From an uncultured cyanobacterium (lineage in GTDB: Bacteria; Cyanobacteriota; Cyanobacteriia; Phormidesmidales; Phormidesmidaceae), in contig CAWBZI010000006.1 of assembly GCA_963793265.1 (NCBI GenBank), forward strand, positions 256,001-320,000: a stretch of DNA of 64,000 nucleotides, read 5' to 3'. Below are positions 28,666-37,111 of the stretch, one piece after another. The translations under genes were made by a program, and so were the position numbers. Under the pieces are notes generated by a model. The model did no database searches, was not told the origin of the DNA, and saw nothing but the letters and a program-made list of their open reading frames with translations. How positions within the stretch are numbered: the stretch's first letter is position 1; each line of letters starts with the position of its first letter.

Positions 28666-29652
28666 ATGCCAGCTTCTCCTGTTCTTACCTTTCGCTTTCA
28701 ACCCCACTCTCATAGCTGGGTAGCCCTACACCCTCAGCCCAAAGGTGTTATTCAATTTATTGGTGGAGCCTTTTTTGGCACCTATCCAACCTTGTTCTAT
28801 CGCCGGTTACTCAGGCACTTTTATCATTCTGGCTACACCGTTGTTGCCCTCCCCTTTCGCTTTACCTTTAGCCACTGGTCTATCGCGCTCAACTTGCTTG
28901 AAGAACACTATGCCATCCGCAAGTCAATGATTGAAGCGGCGGGCCGTCTGCCAAACTACCAAACAGATGTTTACTTAGACGCTGCTAATTATTACTGGGT
29001 GGGCCATAGCTTAGGCTGCAAATATATTGCGCTGCTAGAGCTGTTGAGCAATCCACAGGAAATCTTTTCGGACTACTGCGATGATATTGGCATTGACGCT
29101 GAGCAGTGGAAGATGATTGAGCGATCGCTTCAACAGCTAAGCACAACCCTGCGCCACTTAGAAACCGACGTTCATAAAATGACTGGAAAGTCCGTCAACT
29201 ACGGCCAACCTTCCATCTGGCATGAAGTGTCTTTACTACTCGCCCCTGCCATCACAGATTTAGACGGCGCGATTCCGCTCAAATCCCTAGAGCGTCTTTT
29301 TAGCAAAGTGCTTGCCGTCTGTCCAACCGTAGCGCAAACACACGAACTCATTGGGCGTAGCGAGCTTTTTAACCTGACGCACCTGATTCAATTTTCAGAC
29401 GATGCGATCGCCCGCCCCACCTGCCAAAAGCTCATTCAAGAACAGCCTAACATCACCCACGCTTCGCTCCTGGGCAAGCACTTAGCCCCGCTAGGCTGGA
29501 AAAACGAACCTGCAAACTTGCTTGAAACCATCGCAACGGCCCAACTGACGAGACTACGGCTCTCCTTGCAAAAAGAAGCGTCTGTTGTGACAAGAGAACT
29601 ATCAAAAGAATCCATAAGAAAAGAGAGCATGGCCGCAACTACGCTCTCTTGA
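28666..29652 (+). CDS. DUF1350 family alpha/beta hydrolase
   Basis: FIGGAFFG..P...Y, GHSLGCK nucleophile elbow. Confidence 0.8.
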   Translation: MPASPVLTFRFQPHSHSWVALHPQPKGVIQFIGGAFFGTYPTLFYRRLLRHFYHSGYTVVALPFRFTFSHWSIALNLLEEHYAIRKSMIEAAGRLPNYQTDVYLDAANYYWVGHSLGCKYIALLELLSNPQEIFSDYCDDIGIDAEQWKMIERSLQQLSTTLRHLETDVHKMTGKSVNYGQPSIWHEVSLLLAPAITDLDGAIPLKSLERLFSKVLAVCPTVAQTHELIGRSELFNLTHLIQFSDDAIARPTCQKLIQEQPNITHASLLGKHLAPLGWKNEPANLLETIATAQLTRLRLSLQKEASVVTRELSKESIRKESMAATTLS

Positions 29653-29679
29653 TGGATCTTCAGAACAACCACAGGTGGC

Positions 29680-30156
29680 TTAAGTCGCTTTTATCAGCAC
29701 TAAGTCACCTTCAACTTTCGCCTCATAAGTACCTAGCGCCTCAGTCGCAGGCCCCTCAATCACCGCACCATCGGCACTAAACTTGGAGCCATGGCAAGGA
29801 CAGGCAAACTCACCCTCTGCCCACGCCACGCTACAGCCTTGATGAGTACACATAGAATCTAATGCAATCACGCCCTCTGCATTGGCCGGATCGCGAATAG
29901 CCACCACTGGCCCAGCAATAAAGCTTTTGGACGAAAGCGAACCCTCAGCATCTAGCTCAGCAACAGTGCCGAGTGCGGCAAATCCATCGTCACGAATGCT
30001 GCTATCAACTTCTTCAGCGGCGGGCGCTGTGTCCAAGTCCGCGTCAACCGCAGGGGCTTCCGCCGTTTCAGAAGATCCGCAGGCAGCTAAGGCCACTGGC
30101 AGAGAAGTTGCAACCAGTCCTAGCCCAACAAAGTTTAAAAAGTCTCGACGTTTCAT
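29680..30156 (-). CDS. Rieske [2Fe-2S] protein, PetC3-like Tat-exported lipoprotein
   Basis: MKRRDFL twin-arginine motif, LAAC lipobox, CTHQGC and CPCHGS boxes, GPA. Confidence 0.9.
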   Translation of the reverse strand: MKRRDFLNFVGLGLVATSLPVALAACGSSETAEAPAVDADLDTAPAAEEVDSSIRDDGFAALGTVAELDAEGSLSSKSFIAGPVVAIRDPANAEGVIALDSMCTHQGCSVAWAEGEFACPCHGSKFSADGAVIEGPATEALGTYEAKVEGDLVLIKAT

Positions 30157-30195
30157 CCTAGATTCACTCCTCTCAATTATTAGATGAATTTGGGC

Positions 30196-31911
30196 TTACG
30201 AATTTGAGCTAACAATTGCCTCGGGAACAGCCGCCTTTGCAAACCATCCCTTATAGCGCGCAGTCGCCGCTAAAACAAACAACAAATCGGCTCCGACGAC
30301 AGCCGCGATCGCCCACTCAGATCCGCCCGTGCCAAAGCCGTAGCTATGCAAGCCCGTACCTAGCACAAAGTTTACGCCATACCAGGCCATCAGCACCGCA
30401 TTAAAGGCCACAACGCTTGCCACGCTAATGCCAAAGTTGCCGATCCAGCCGACTAAACGACCGTGCAGCGGAACCAGATAACACAGCAGCGCAATCAAAG
30501 CCCATGTCTCTTTAGGATCCCAGCCCCAGAATCTTCCCCAAGAGAAGTGCGCCCAAATGCCGCCTAAAATAATGCCAGCGGTTAGCAGCAGTACGCCCAC
30601 TTGCAGCACGTTGTAGTTAAGCTGAGAGAGCAGTTGAATACGCGCCCTCGCCTGTGGAGAAAACAGATAGCTGCCGAGCGCAACGTGCCCGATCCCTAAC
30701 GCTAAAGCAAAACTTGCGTAGCTCAGCGCGATAGTCGGCACGTGAATGCTTAGCCAAAAGTTATCTCGCAAAACCGGGACTAACGGTGAAATGCTCGGGT
30801 CTAATACAGCCGGTAGGCTGTCTGCGAGAACTAGACACATCACCGACAGCGGGGCTGCTGCTAATAGATAGTATTTGGCGCGGTAGATGAGTTCAAAGGA
30901 AAGGGCGATCGCAGAAATTCCAAACCCAACCCAAACCACCGACTCGTACATATTTGTCACAGGCGGACGGCCCGCGACCTGCATTCGCAGCCAAAAGCCA
31001 TAGCTCTGCACGGCCACACCTGCCACAAATAAACCCATTGAGCCCCAGTAGAGTTCTAGCGGCTTTATCCACAGCGTCAGCAGCATTGCGACAAAGGCTA
31101 AAGCGTAGAGCTGCCAGGCTTTTGCAAAGGGATGGAAGTGATTGAAAAAGACTTCTTGCCGCATTGCGCCGCTCACCGGATACACGGTTGGGCTGAGCTG
31201 TCGCAGTCCGCTTTGCAATGATTCAGCCAGCGGGGTGAGCATCGGCAAATGATCGCTCCCTGAGAAGAAAGTTTGCTTCATGATCGTAAAGCTCGCGATG
31301 AGAGGAGAAATCGCTTCGGGGGCGTATAGCGACTGCGCTTCGCTAATGCCCATCCACTTTCCTTTAGGGTCGGTGGGGTGAGGAACGATAGCGATCGCAT
31401 TGTCGTCCACCATTTCTAGCATGAGCGTAAGGCGGTCTTCTAGTGCGATCGCCTCGCGCTCATCCCGGCTTATTTCTTCCTCGGCCAAATCTTTTCGGTG
31501 CGCTTCTCTGACCACTTCACCCAGCGCTTTATTGGTCATCAGCGTTTGAAAGGAGAAATACTTTTGGTCGGGATCTACGCCGATAATCTCCTTCAGCGGG
31601 CGATAGCTAAAGAGCACGAAATTCTCTTCATTCCAGTTGCGATTGTTTAGCCACAGCGATAAAAAAGTCTCCATAGAGCCCTCTTTTACACCATTGCGAT
31701 TATAGGTGGTCGCGCCGTGAATTTTAGCGACTGTCTCTTTAGCGATCGTATCCAGCGGCTTTTTGCGCCCGCCCTGCTGCACCACCATGGTTTCTAACGG
31801 TTCTAAAGGCGAGTGTTGAAACTGGGTAAGCGGAAGGGCAATCAGTAATAGACCCAAACAGAGGCCCACTAGGAACTTTATACTTTCAAACTTTGCAATT
31901 TTCATCAGCAT
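30196..31911 (-). CDS. ccsA: System II cytochrome c synthase CcsA with long N-terminal periplasmic extension
   Basis: WWD motif WAHFSWGRFWGWDPKETW, WLSIH, GLHSYG, P.TN.YES; N-terminal GRKKPLDT; start overlaps the ccsB stop (TGATG). Confidence 0.9.
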   Translation of the reverse strand: MLMKIAKFESIKFLVGLCLGLLLIALPLTQFQHSPLEPLETMVVQQGGRKKPLDTIAKETVAKIHGATTYNRNGVKEGSMETFLSLWLNNRNWNEENFVLFSYRPLKEIIGVDPDQKYFSFQTLMTNKALGEVVREAHRKDLAEEEISRDEREAIALEDRLTLMLEMVDDNAIAIVPHPTDPKGKWMGISEAQSLYAPEAISPLIASFTIMKQTFFSGSDHLPMLTPLAESLQSGLRQLSPTVYPVSGAMRQEVFFNHFHPFAKAWQLYALAFVAMLLTLWIKPLELYWGSMGLFVAGVAVQSYGFWLRMQVAGRPPVTNMYESVVWVGFGISAIALSFELIYRAKYYLLAAAPLSVMCLVLADSLPAVLDPSISPLVPVLRDNFWLSIHVPTIALSYASFALALGIGHVALGSYLFSPQARARIQLLSQLNYNVLQVGVLLLTAGIILGGIWAHFSWGRFWGWDPKETWALIALLCYLVPLHGRLVGWIGNFGISVASVVAFNAVLMAWYGVNFVLGTGLHSYGFGTGGSEWAIAAVVGADLLFVLAATARYKGWFAKAAVPEAIVSSNS

Positions 31912-33806
31912 CAACGACCCGAAAAGACGTTCAATAAAGGAATTTCAACTGGCACTTTTTCTACTTCTGCATCGGTAAGGACATCTGCTTCAGCACTGGC
32001 TTTAGCATCAACAGACTTCGACGGTTTCTTGAACTTCTTAGCCAAAGCACGACCGTAAAACATTGTCGCCACGCCCACAATCACCATGGTCGAGCCTAGC
32101 CAGGTAAGGCCGGTCACCCACCAGGGCTCTCGCTTTACCTGCAAGGTAGACTGGCTCAAGTCGCCTGGATTCCAAGACGCTTGGGCAATCTTCCAGCCCT
32201 TATACCAGGTGGGGTGGTTCATCCAGACGCGACGATCAGCGCGATCGCCCGAATGGGGATCAGTTAGCGACACCGCACTCGTCCACATCGCTACAGACTC
32301 ACTCCCCTCGTTGCGATCCACAATAAAATCATTCAGCTTCAGACTAAAAGGAAGCTGCAAAAGCTTGGGGCTAAACGCCACAAACCAGTCACCGCCCGCC
32401 TGACTAATTGTTGTCGGCTCGCCCCAGGGCACCCACACCGGCTCGCCTTGAGCCTTTAAATTCGTTAAGTCTGTTGCACCTACCGAACCGGATGAAACCA
32501 ACAGCGCAGGCTCTCCTTGTCCAGGCATCGCATCATCTGGCAAAGGCACCACTTCGCGTTTCACCTGTGCCTTACGCACCACTTCAGCTAGGGTCACCTC
32601 AAAATCAGCCCACCCAGGCGTCACCGAATCACCAACTGCCAGAGCACCTGACTTAAAGCCTTTAGAAGACTTCGCTGCATAGTGCAACTCGCCCGCAGCA
32701 TCGACCACGACTCGAAAGAAAGCATCCGGCTCAGCAGCGGCAGCCGTCACGCTATAGGCCACCTCAGCCGCAATCGGCTCGCCCGAAATTTGCGTGCGAA
32801 TTGGCTCAAAGCTTGGATTGCCAAATACAAACCAGCTCTCAACAGACTCGCCTTCAGCGACAATAAGCTGCACCGCCGGGTTGTTTAGCTGCTCAGAAGC
32901 ACTCACCGGCTGACGGTTTCCATCCAAGCGAAAATCAGGCCAAAAGTCTTTCACTTCTAGCGCCAGCGTTTTACCCTTCGCCGTCAGCTCAATCGGCGCT
33001 TCTAATGTTTGAGCGGGTTGCAACCTTCCGGCAACGTCCACCCGCTCACGCTTTCCTTGCCAGGCAACCTCTATTTCTCCCCACTGGGCTGCTTCAGCCG
33101 GTTCAGCAGAAGCCGTTAGCAGTTGGGCTAAGTCTTCTTTCGTATCAGCTTTAGCAATTTGCAGCTCAGCCGGGCCGACATTTATCTTCTCATAAGCAGC
33201 AGGAGCCACCGCTAGCCACCGCTCTAAAGACTGACCCATGCGATCGCTCTTCAGCACCAGTCGCACCGCCGGGTTCTCAACGCTGCCACCCTCTTCAAAC
33301 CGCACAGTCTTAATCGTACGGCTGCTATAGCCCAGCAGAGACATTCCGCCGATTCGATTGGGCACAACCGTCCCATCCGCCTTAATAAACAGAGAAGTTC
33401 GCTGCGGCATTTCACCGGGCGCGGCCACCTCAATCAAATCACCTTCTACTCGCAAAGTACTTACCGCTCCAGCGTCAGTGCGAGCTAAGAGCATTCCTTC
33501 TACGCTCAAGTGAATGACTGCTGCTGAGCCTGCAATAATCACGATCAGGCCCCAGTGAGTAATCGCAAACCCTATTTTACGCGCACCTTTCCAGGGATAG
33601 CGAGATAGGGTTGAAAGGCCAAGGTTGAGAGCCAACAGAAACATAAGCCCGCCAAACCAGGGGCTTTTATATATTTCTTGTTGAACAACAGCAGAGCCGA
33701 CTTCGGATTCGTAGAAGGTTGCGCCGATGAGAATGAACGCGATCGCCCCCAGCAAAGGCACCGCCAGCTTGATAGAGCCTAGAAACTCAGTAAGTTTGAC
33801 CGTCAT
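31911..33806 (-). CDS. System II cytochrome c biogenesis protein CcsB/ResB-like
   Basis: LGS.KLAV.L...GATFYES, IY.SPWF, conserved TM His in THWGLI, F.L.L.DF, MNHP...GW...Q.S, C-terminal TM. Confidence 0.85.
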   Translation of the reverse strand: MTVKLTEFLGSIKLAVPLLGAIAFILIGATFYESEVGSAVVQQEIYKSPWFGGLMFLLALNLGLSTLSRYPWKGARKIGFAITHWGLIVIIAGSAAVIHLSVEGMLLARTDAGAVSTLRVEGDLIEVAAPGEMPQRTSLFIKADGTVVPNRIGGMSLLGYSSRTIKTVRFEEGGSVENPAVRLVLKSDRMGQSLERWLAVAPAAYEKINVGPAELQIAKADTKEDLAQLLTASAEPAEAAQWGEIEVAWQGKRERVDVAGRLQPAQTLEAPIELTAKGKTLALEVKDFWPDFRLDGNRQPVSASEQLNNPAVQLIVAEGESVESWFVFGNPSFEPIRTQISGEPIAAEVAYSVTAAAAEPDAFFRVVVDAAGELHYAAKSSKGFKSGALAVGDSVTPGWADFEVTLAEVVRKAQVKREVVPLPDDAMPGQGEPALLVSSGSVGATDLTNLKAQGEPVWVPWGEPTTISQAGGDWFVAFSPKLLQLPFSLKLNDFIVDRNEGSESVAMWTSAVSLTDPHSGDRADRRVWMNHPTWYKGWKIAQASWNPGDLSQSTLQVKREPWWVTGLTWLGSTMVIVGVATMFYGRALAKKFKKPSKSVDAKASAEADVLTDAEVEKVPVEIPLLNVFSGR

Positions 33807-33917
33807 GAAAAGCAACACTCACGCTAATGTCTTGGTTAGCTGACACCTCCCGTACAAAATACAACTAAGGAGATACGCAGAAACACGCATCTGTATAGTT
33901 GTTCGATTAACAAACTA

Positions 33918-33943
33918 TTTTTTGTATCGAAAGTTGCAAAAAA
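33918..33943. promoter_or_regulatory. NtcA/CRP-like palindrome TGTA-N8-TGCA flanked by T6 and A6 runs, upstream of ccsB
   Basis: TTTTTTGTATCGAAAGTTGCAAAAAA; one mismatch to GTA-N8-TAC; no canonically spaced -10 found. Confidence 0.45.
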
Positions 33944-34238
33944 CGACTAAGTTATTCTTTTTTCACATTCCACGATTCTACATTTTGCATAACAAGCCCT
34001 AAGCCAACCTTTGTTTTTCTTATCCTATCGCAGACATAGATCCCTTACAGCGCAATCAATACAGCCATCAAAGAAGGAAATAAAACAGCAATTCACATAG
34101 CTTTTCCTCGAAAACGGACAATACTATAAAATCATTCAATCAGAAGGTTCGTTCGCTTGCAGCAACATAAATAAATCAACAGACGAATGCAATTGTTGCA
34201 CAGGCATGATGCGAAAATCGAGAAACTTTCTCTTGTTT

Positions 34239-34281
34239 TGTAACCAAAAGCACAAACACGAATAAGCTACCCACCTACGGT
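34239..34281 (+). promoter_or_regulatory. Class II NtcA-activated promoter candidate: GTA-N8-CAC, N22, TACGGT
   Basis: GTA 34240-42, CAC 34251-53, exactly 22 nt spacer, TAN3T box at 34276-81; about 120 bp upstream of the globin ATG. Confidence 0.6.
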
Positions 34282-34402
34282 TTGAGTTGTGAACTACGTA
34301 AATAGACGGATTTCGCAAAAGAATCTCATCAAGAGCCTCTAGAGCATATTTATTAATTCAGTTTTACAGTTTTGTAGTTCCTTTTTATGGAGTCTCTCAA
34401 GC

Positions 34403-35539
34403 ATGTCTTTAAATGTAGAGCTTTTAGAGCAGAGCTTTGAGCTAGTCAAGCCAAAGGCTGACGAATTCACCAGCAGCTTTTACAACAACCTATTCACCGA
34501 CTATCCAGCATCGAAGCCACTGTTCGAGCATTCGGATATGGGCAAGCAACAACAAATGCTCAAAGGTGCCCTGGTCATGGTGGTTGAAAACCTGAGAAAG
34601 CCCGAAGTGCTTAGCAAAGCGCTCAAAGGCTTAGGCGCTCGTCATGTAAAGTATGGCGCGCTACCTGAGCACTACCCTTTGGTCGGCAACAGCTTACTCA
34701 AAACGCTGGGCCAGTATGCAGGCGATGCCTGGACGCCTGAGCTAAAAGACGCTTGGGTAGGGGCCTATGGCGCGATTACTGAGCTGATGCTAGAAGGTGC
34801 TGACTACTCGAAGCAGGCCGTTGCGCTAGAAGCCGTTGTGCTAGAAACGATGCCGCCTGTACCGCCCGCAGCGGTCGGATCTTCGATGACTGATGTAGAA
34901 CCAGTGCTTACAGAACCAGCGCTTACAGAACCAGAAGCAGAAGGACTTAAAGTAGAGCTTTTAGAGCAGAGCTTTGAGCTAGTCAAGCCAAAAGCTGACG
35001 AATTCACCAGCAGCTTTTACAACAACCTATTCACCGACTATCCAGCATCGAAGCCACTGTTCGAGCATTCGGATATGGGCAAGCAACAACAAATGCTTAA
35101 AGGTGCCCTGGTCATGGTGGTTGAAAACCTGAGAAAGCCCGAAGTGCTTAGCAAAGCGCTTAAAGGCTTAGGCGCTCGTCACGTTCAATATGGCGCACTG
35201 CCTGAGCACTACCCTTTGGTCGGCAACAGCTTGCTCAAAACGCTGGGCCAGTATGCAGGCGATGCCTGGACGCCTGAGCTAAAAGACGCTTGGGTAGGGG
35301 CCTATGGCGCGATTACTGAGCTGATGCTAGAAGGTGCTGACTACTCGAAGCAGGCTGTTGCGCTAGAGCCCCCGGTCGTAGCTGCTGTTCCTAAGCCTGA
35401 GCCAGTTGCGGTGACAACAGAGCCACTAGCGTCATCAGAGTCTCAAGAGTCTGTAGAGGGCATCGATAACAAAACGGCGGCTGGCATTATTGGCGGTTCT
35501 ACGGTGCTGCTCACGCTCATGCTACTCATCCTTCTTTAA
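34403..35539 (+). CDS. Tandem double globin (flavohemoglobin-like single-domain globin x2) with C-terminal membrane anchor
   Basis: Each domain has FY (TyrB10), PLF (PheCD1), QQQML (GlnE7), LGARH (HisF8), YG..PEHYP.VG, AW..AY; tail AAGIIGGSTVLLTLMLLILL. Confidence 0.9.
   Translation: MSLNVELLEQSFELVKPKADEFTSSFYNNLFTDYPASKPLFEHSDMGKQQQMLKGALVMVVENLRKPEVLSKALKGLGARHVKYGALPEHYPLVGNSLLKTLGQYAGDAWTPELKDAWVGAYGAITELMLEGADYSKQAVALEAVVLETMPPVPPAAVGSSMTDVEPVLTEPALTEPEAEGLKVELLEQSFELVKPKADEFTSSFYNNLFTDYPASKPLFEHSDMGKQQQMLKGALVMVVENLRKPEVLSKALKGLGARHVQYGALPEHYPLVGNSLLKTLGQYAGDAWTPELKDAWVGAYGAITELMLEGADYSKQAVALEPPVVAAVPKPEPVAVTTEPLASSESQESVEGIDNKTAAGIIGGSTVLLTLMLLILL
34415..35367 (+). repeat. Intragenic direct repeat, 2 x 416 bp (34415-34830 and 34952-35367), about 97% identical
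   Basis: Copies offset by 537 bp; about 11 mismatches counted by eye. Confidence 0.95.
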
Positions 35540-35573
35540 GCGCGTCTAAGCAATAGGTTTAAGCAATAGGCTG

Positions 35574-36254
35574 ATGACAAATCGTTCAAAACCAAGCAGG
35601 AATCACAGCAATAGCCCTGGCAAAAAGAAGTTTGACTGGCGATCGCAGGTTAACTTGAAAGGGGCGATCGCACTCACCTTAGTGCTGTTACTCACCTGGG
35701 TTTCTGCGGCCTTTGCTCTCGAAAACAAAGAGGTCTTCTTGCCCGGTGAAACCTCAGAAGGTCATGCTTTGTTTGAAGCCTCCTGTGCCTCTTGCCACGA
35801 AGGCTTTAAAGCTGTCAGCAACGAAAACTGTACGCGCTGCCATCAGGCCGAACTAGCCGAAGATGTCCATGGCGCAAAAAAGTTTAAAGATCCGCGCTGG
35901 GCCAGCTATCGAGAAAACTTAGAAGTTCTCACCTGCACGGCCTGCCACAACGAGCACGTTCACATGTTCGGGCGCGGCGTACATCTTCAACCCGACCTTT
36001 GCATGGTTTGTCACGAAGAACTCACCACCACTCAGCTCAAGAGCCATGAGGGCTTCGAGGCAGACGGCTGTTGGACTGCCGGGTGTCACAACTACCACGA
36101 CCACCGTACTATCTCGACCGGATTTTTGAGGCAAAATATGGGTGAACCGGCAATGCTACCCGTGCAAAAGCTACCCGATCGCATTGTCACAACAGAGCTG
36201 AAAACCGCGCCAAGCCCCAACCTGAGCAAAGCGTTTTTGGAGGCGGGCACATGA
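35574..36254 (+). CDS. Exported multiheme cytochrome c, 4 CXXCH + 1 CX4CH
   Basis: CASCH, CTRCH, CTACH, CMVCH, CWTAGCH; hydrophobic signal or anchor ending AFA. Confidence 0.88.
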   Translation: MTNRSKPSRNHSNSPGKKKFDWRSQVNLKGAIALTLVLLLTWVSAAFALENKEVFLPGETSEGHALFEASCASCHEGFKAVSNENCTRCHQAELAEDVHGAKKFKDPRWASYRENLEVLTCTACHNEHVHMFGRGVHLQPDLCMVCHEELTTTQLKSHEGFEADGCWTAGCHNYHDHRTISTGFLRQNMGEPAMLPVQKLPDRIVTTELKTAPSPNLSKAFLEAGT

Positions 36255-37111
36255 TCACTCGCCGCACTCAAAACCGGCTAATAAGACTACTAGCCCTGCT
36301 GCTGATTGTTCTTTTCAGCTTAGGCGCAGCGATCCCGGCAGCAGCTACAACTCAAAGTGAGCTTCAGGAGATCAACAAACAGTGGCAAACCAGCGCCCAC
36401 GCGCTCAACGATGTCAACTGTGCTAGCTGCCACCAGGAGAGTGAAACCAAAGCGTTTGTGGCTAATCCTACGCACGAAAGCTGTCAGTCGTGCCATGAGA
36501 ACTCAGTAGACACCTTTTTACTGGGCAAGCACGGCATTCGGCTATACGAAGGAGAATCTGCTTTAACGCCTAAAATGGCTCGGCTTCCGATGAAGCATGA
36601 GGCGTTTGATAAGCAAATGAACTGCAACGCTTGCCACAACGTCCACACCGTCAACACGATGCAAGCCTCAGTCGATGCCTGCCTCACCTGTCATAACGAC
36701 AACCACTCGCTTAACTACAAAAACTCCAAACATGCCAAAGCTGTTTTTGCCAGTCAAGAGACGAGTAAAGGCTCTGATAGCGCGAGCGACTTGCTGCCTC
36801 GGCCTGGCCCTGAAGCCGTCACCTGCGCGACCTGCCACCTGCCGCGCACGGGCACCGAAAAGGCTGACGGCACCACCGTGGTAAAGGTGAACCACAACAA
36901 CACCTACAACCTAAAACCTCAAGATCGCATGGTGGGCGATGTCTGTATGAACTGCCATGGGGTGGAATACAGCTACAACAGTATTTTCGACGAAGCCCTC
37001 GTCGAAGCCAATTTTGACCGACCTCCGACGCTTACTCATCCTTCTTTCGAGTTGATGAGAGCTGCTGAAGCAAGGAGAGCGGGCAATGATTCTGATTCGG
37101 AAGGCCCTTAA
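36251..37111 (+). CDS. Exported hexaheme cytochrome c with HAO-superfamily-like motif spacing
   Basis: CASCH, CQSCH, CNACH, CLTCH, CATCH, CMNCH; Sec signal peptide; ATGA overlap with upstream gene. Confidence 0.9.
   Translation: MITRRTQNRLIRLLALLLIVLFSLGAAIPAAATTQSELQEINKQWQTSAHALNDVNCASCHQESETKAFVANPTHESCQSCHENSVDTFLLGKHGIRLYEGESALTPKMARLPMKHEAFDKQMNCNACHNVHTVNTMQASVDACLTCHNDNHSLNYKNSKHAKAVFASQETSKGSDSASDLLPRPGPEAVTCATCHLPRTGTEKADGTTVVKVNHNNTYNLKPQDRMVGDVCMNCHGVEYSYNSIFDEALVEANFDRPPTLTHPSFELMRAAEARRAGNDSDSEGP

Noticed and set aside
34136..34318. 60-aa ORF in the ccsB-globin intergenic region
   Set aside because: TTG start, no motifs, and it overlaps the predicted promoter of the opposite operon
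34415..35367. Globin repeat as an assembly duplication artefact
   Set aside because: The copies differ at about 11 mostly synonymous sites and are joined in frame by a unique linker
35574..37111. Calling the multiheme proteins NrfA, HAO or MtrA outright
   Set aside because: No CXXCK motif, no complete octaheme set or HAO C-terminal region, and no porin (MtrB) gene nearby; only family-level resemblance is supportable
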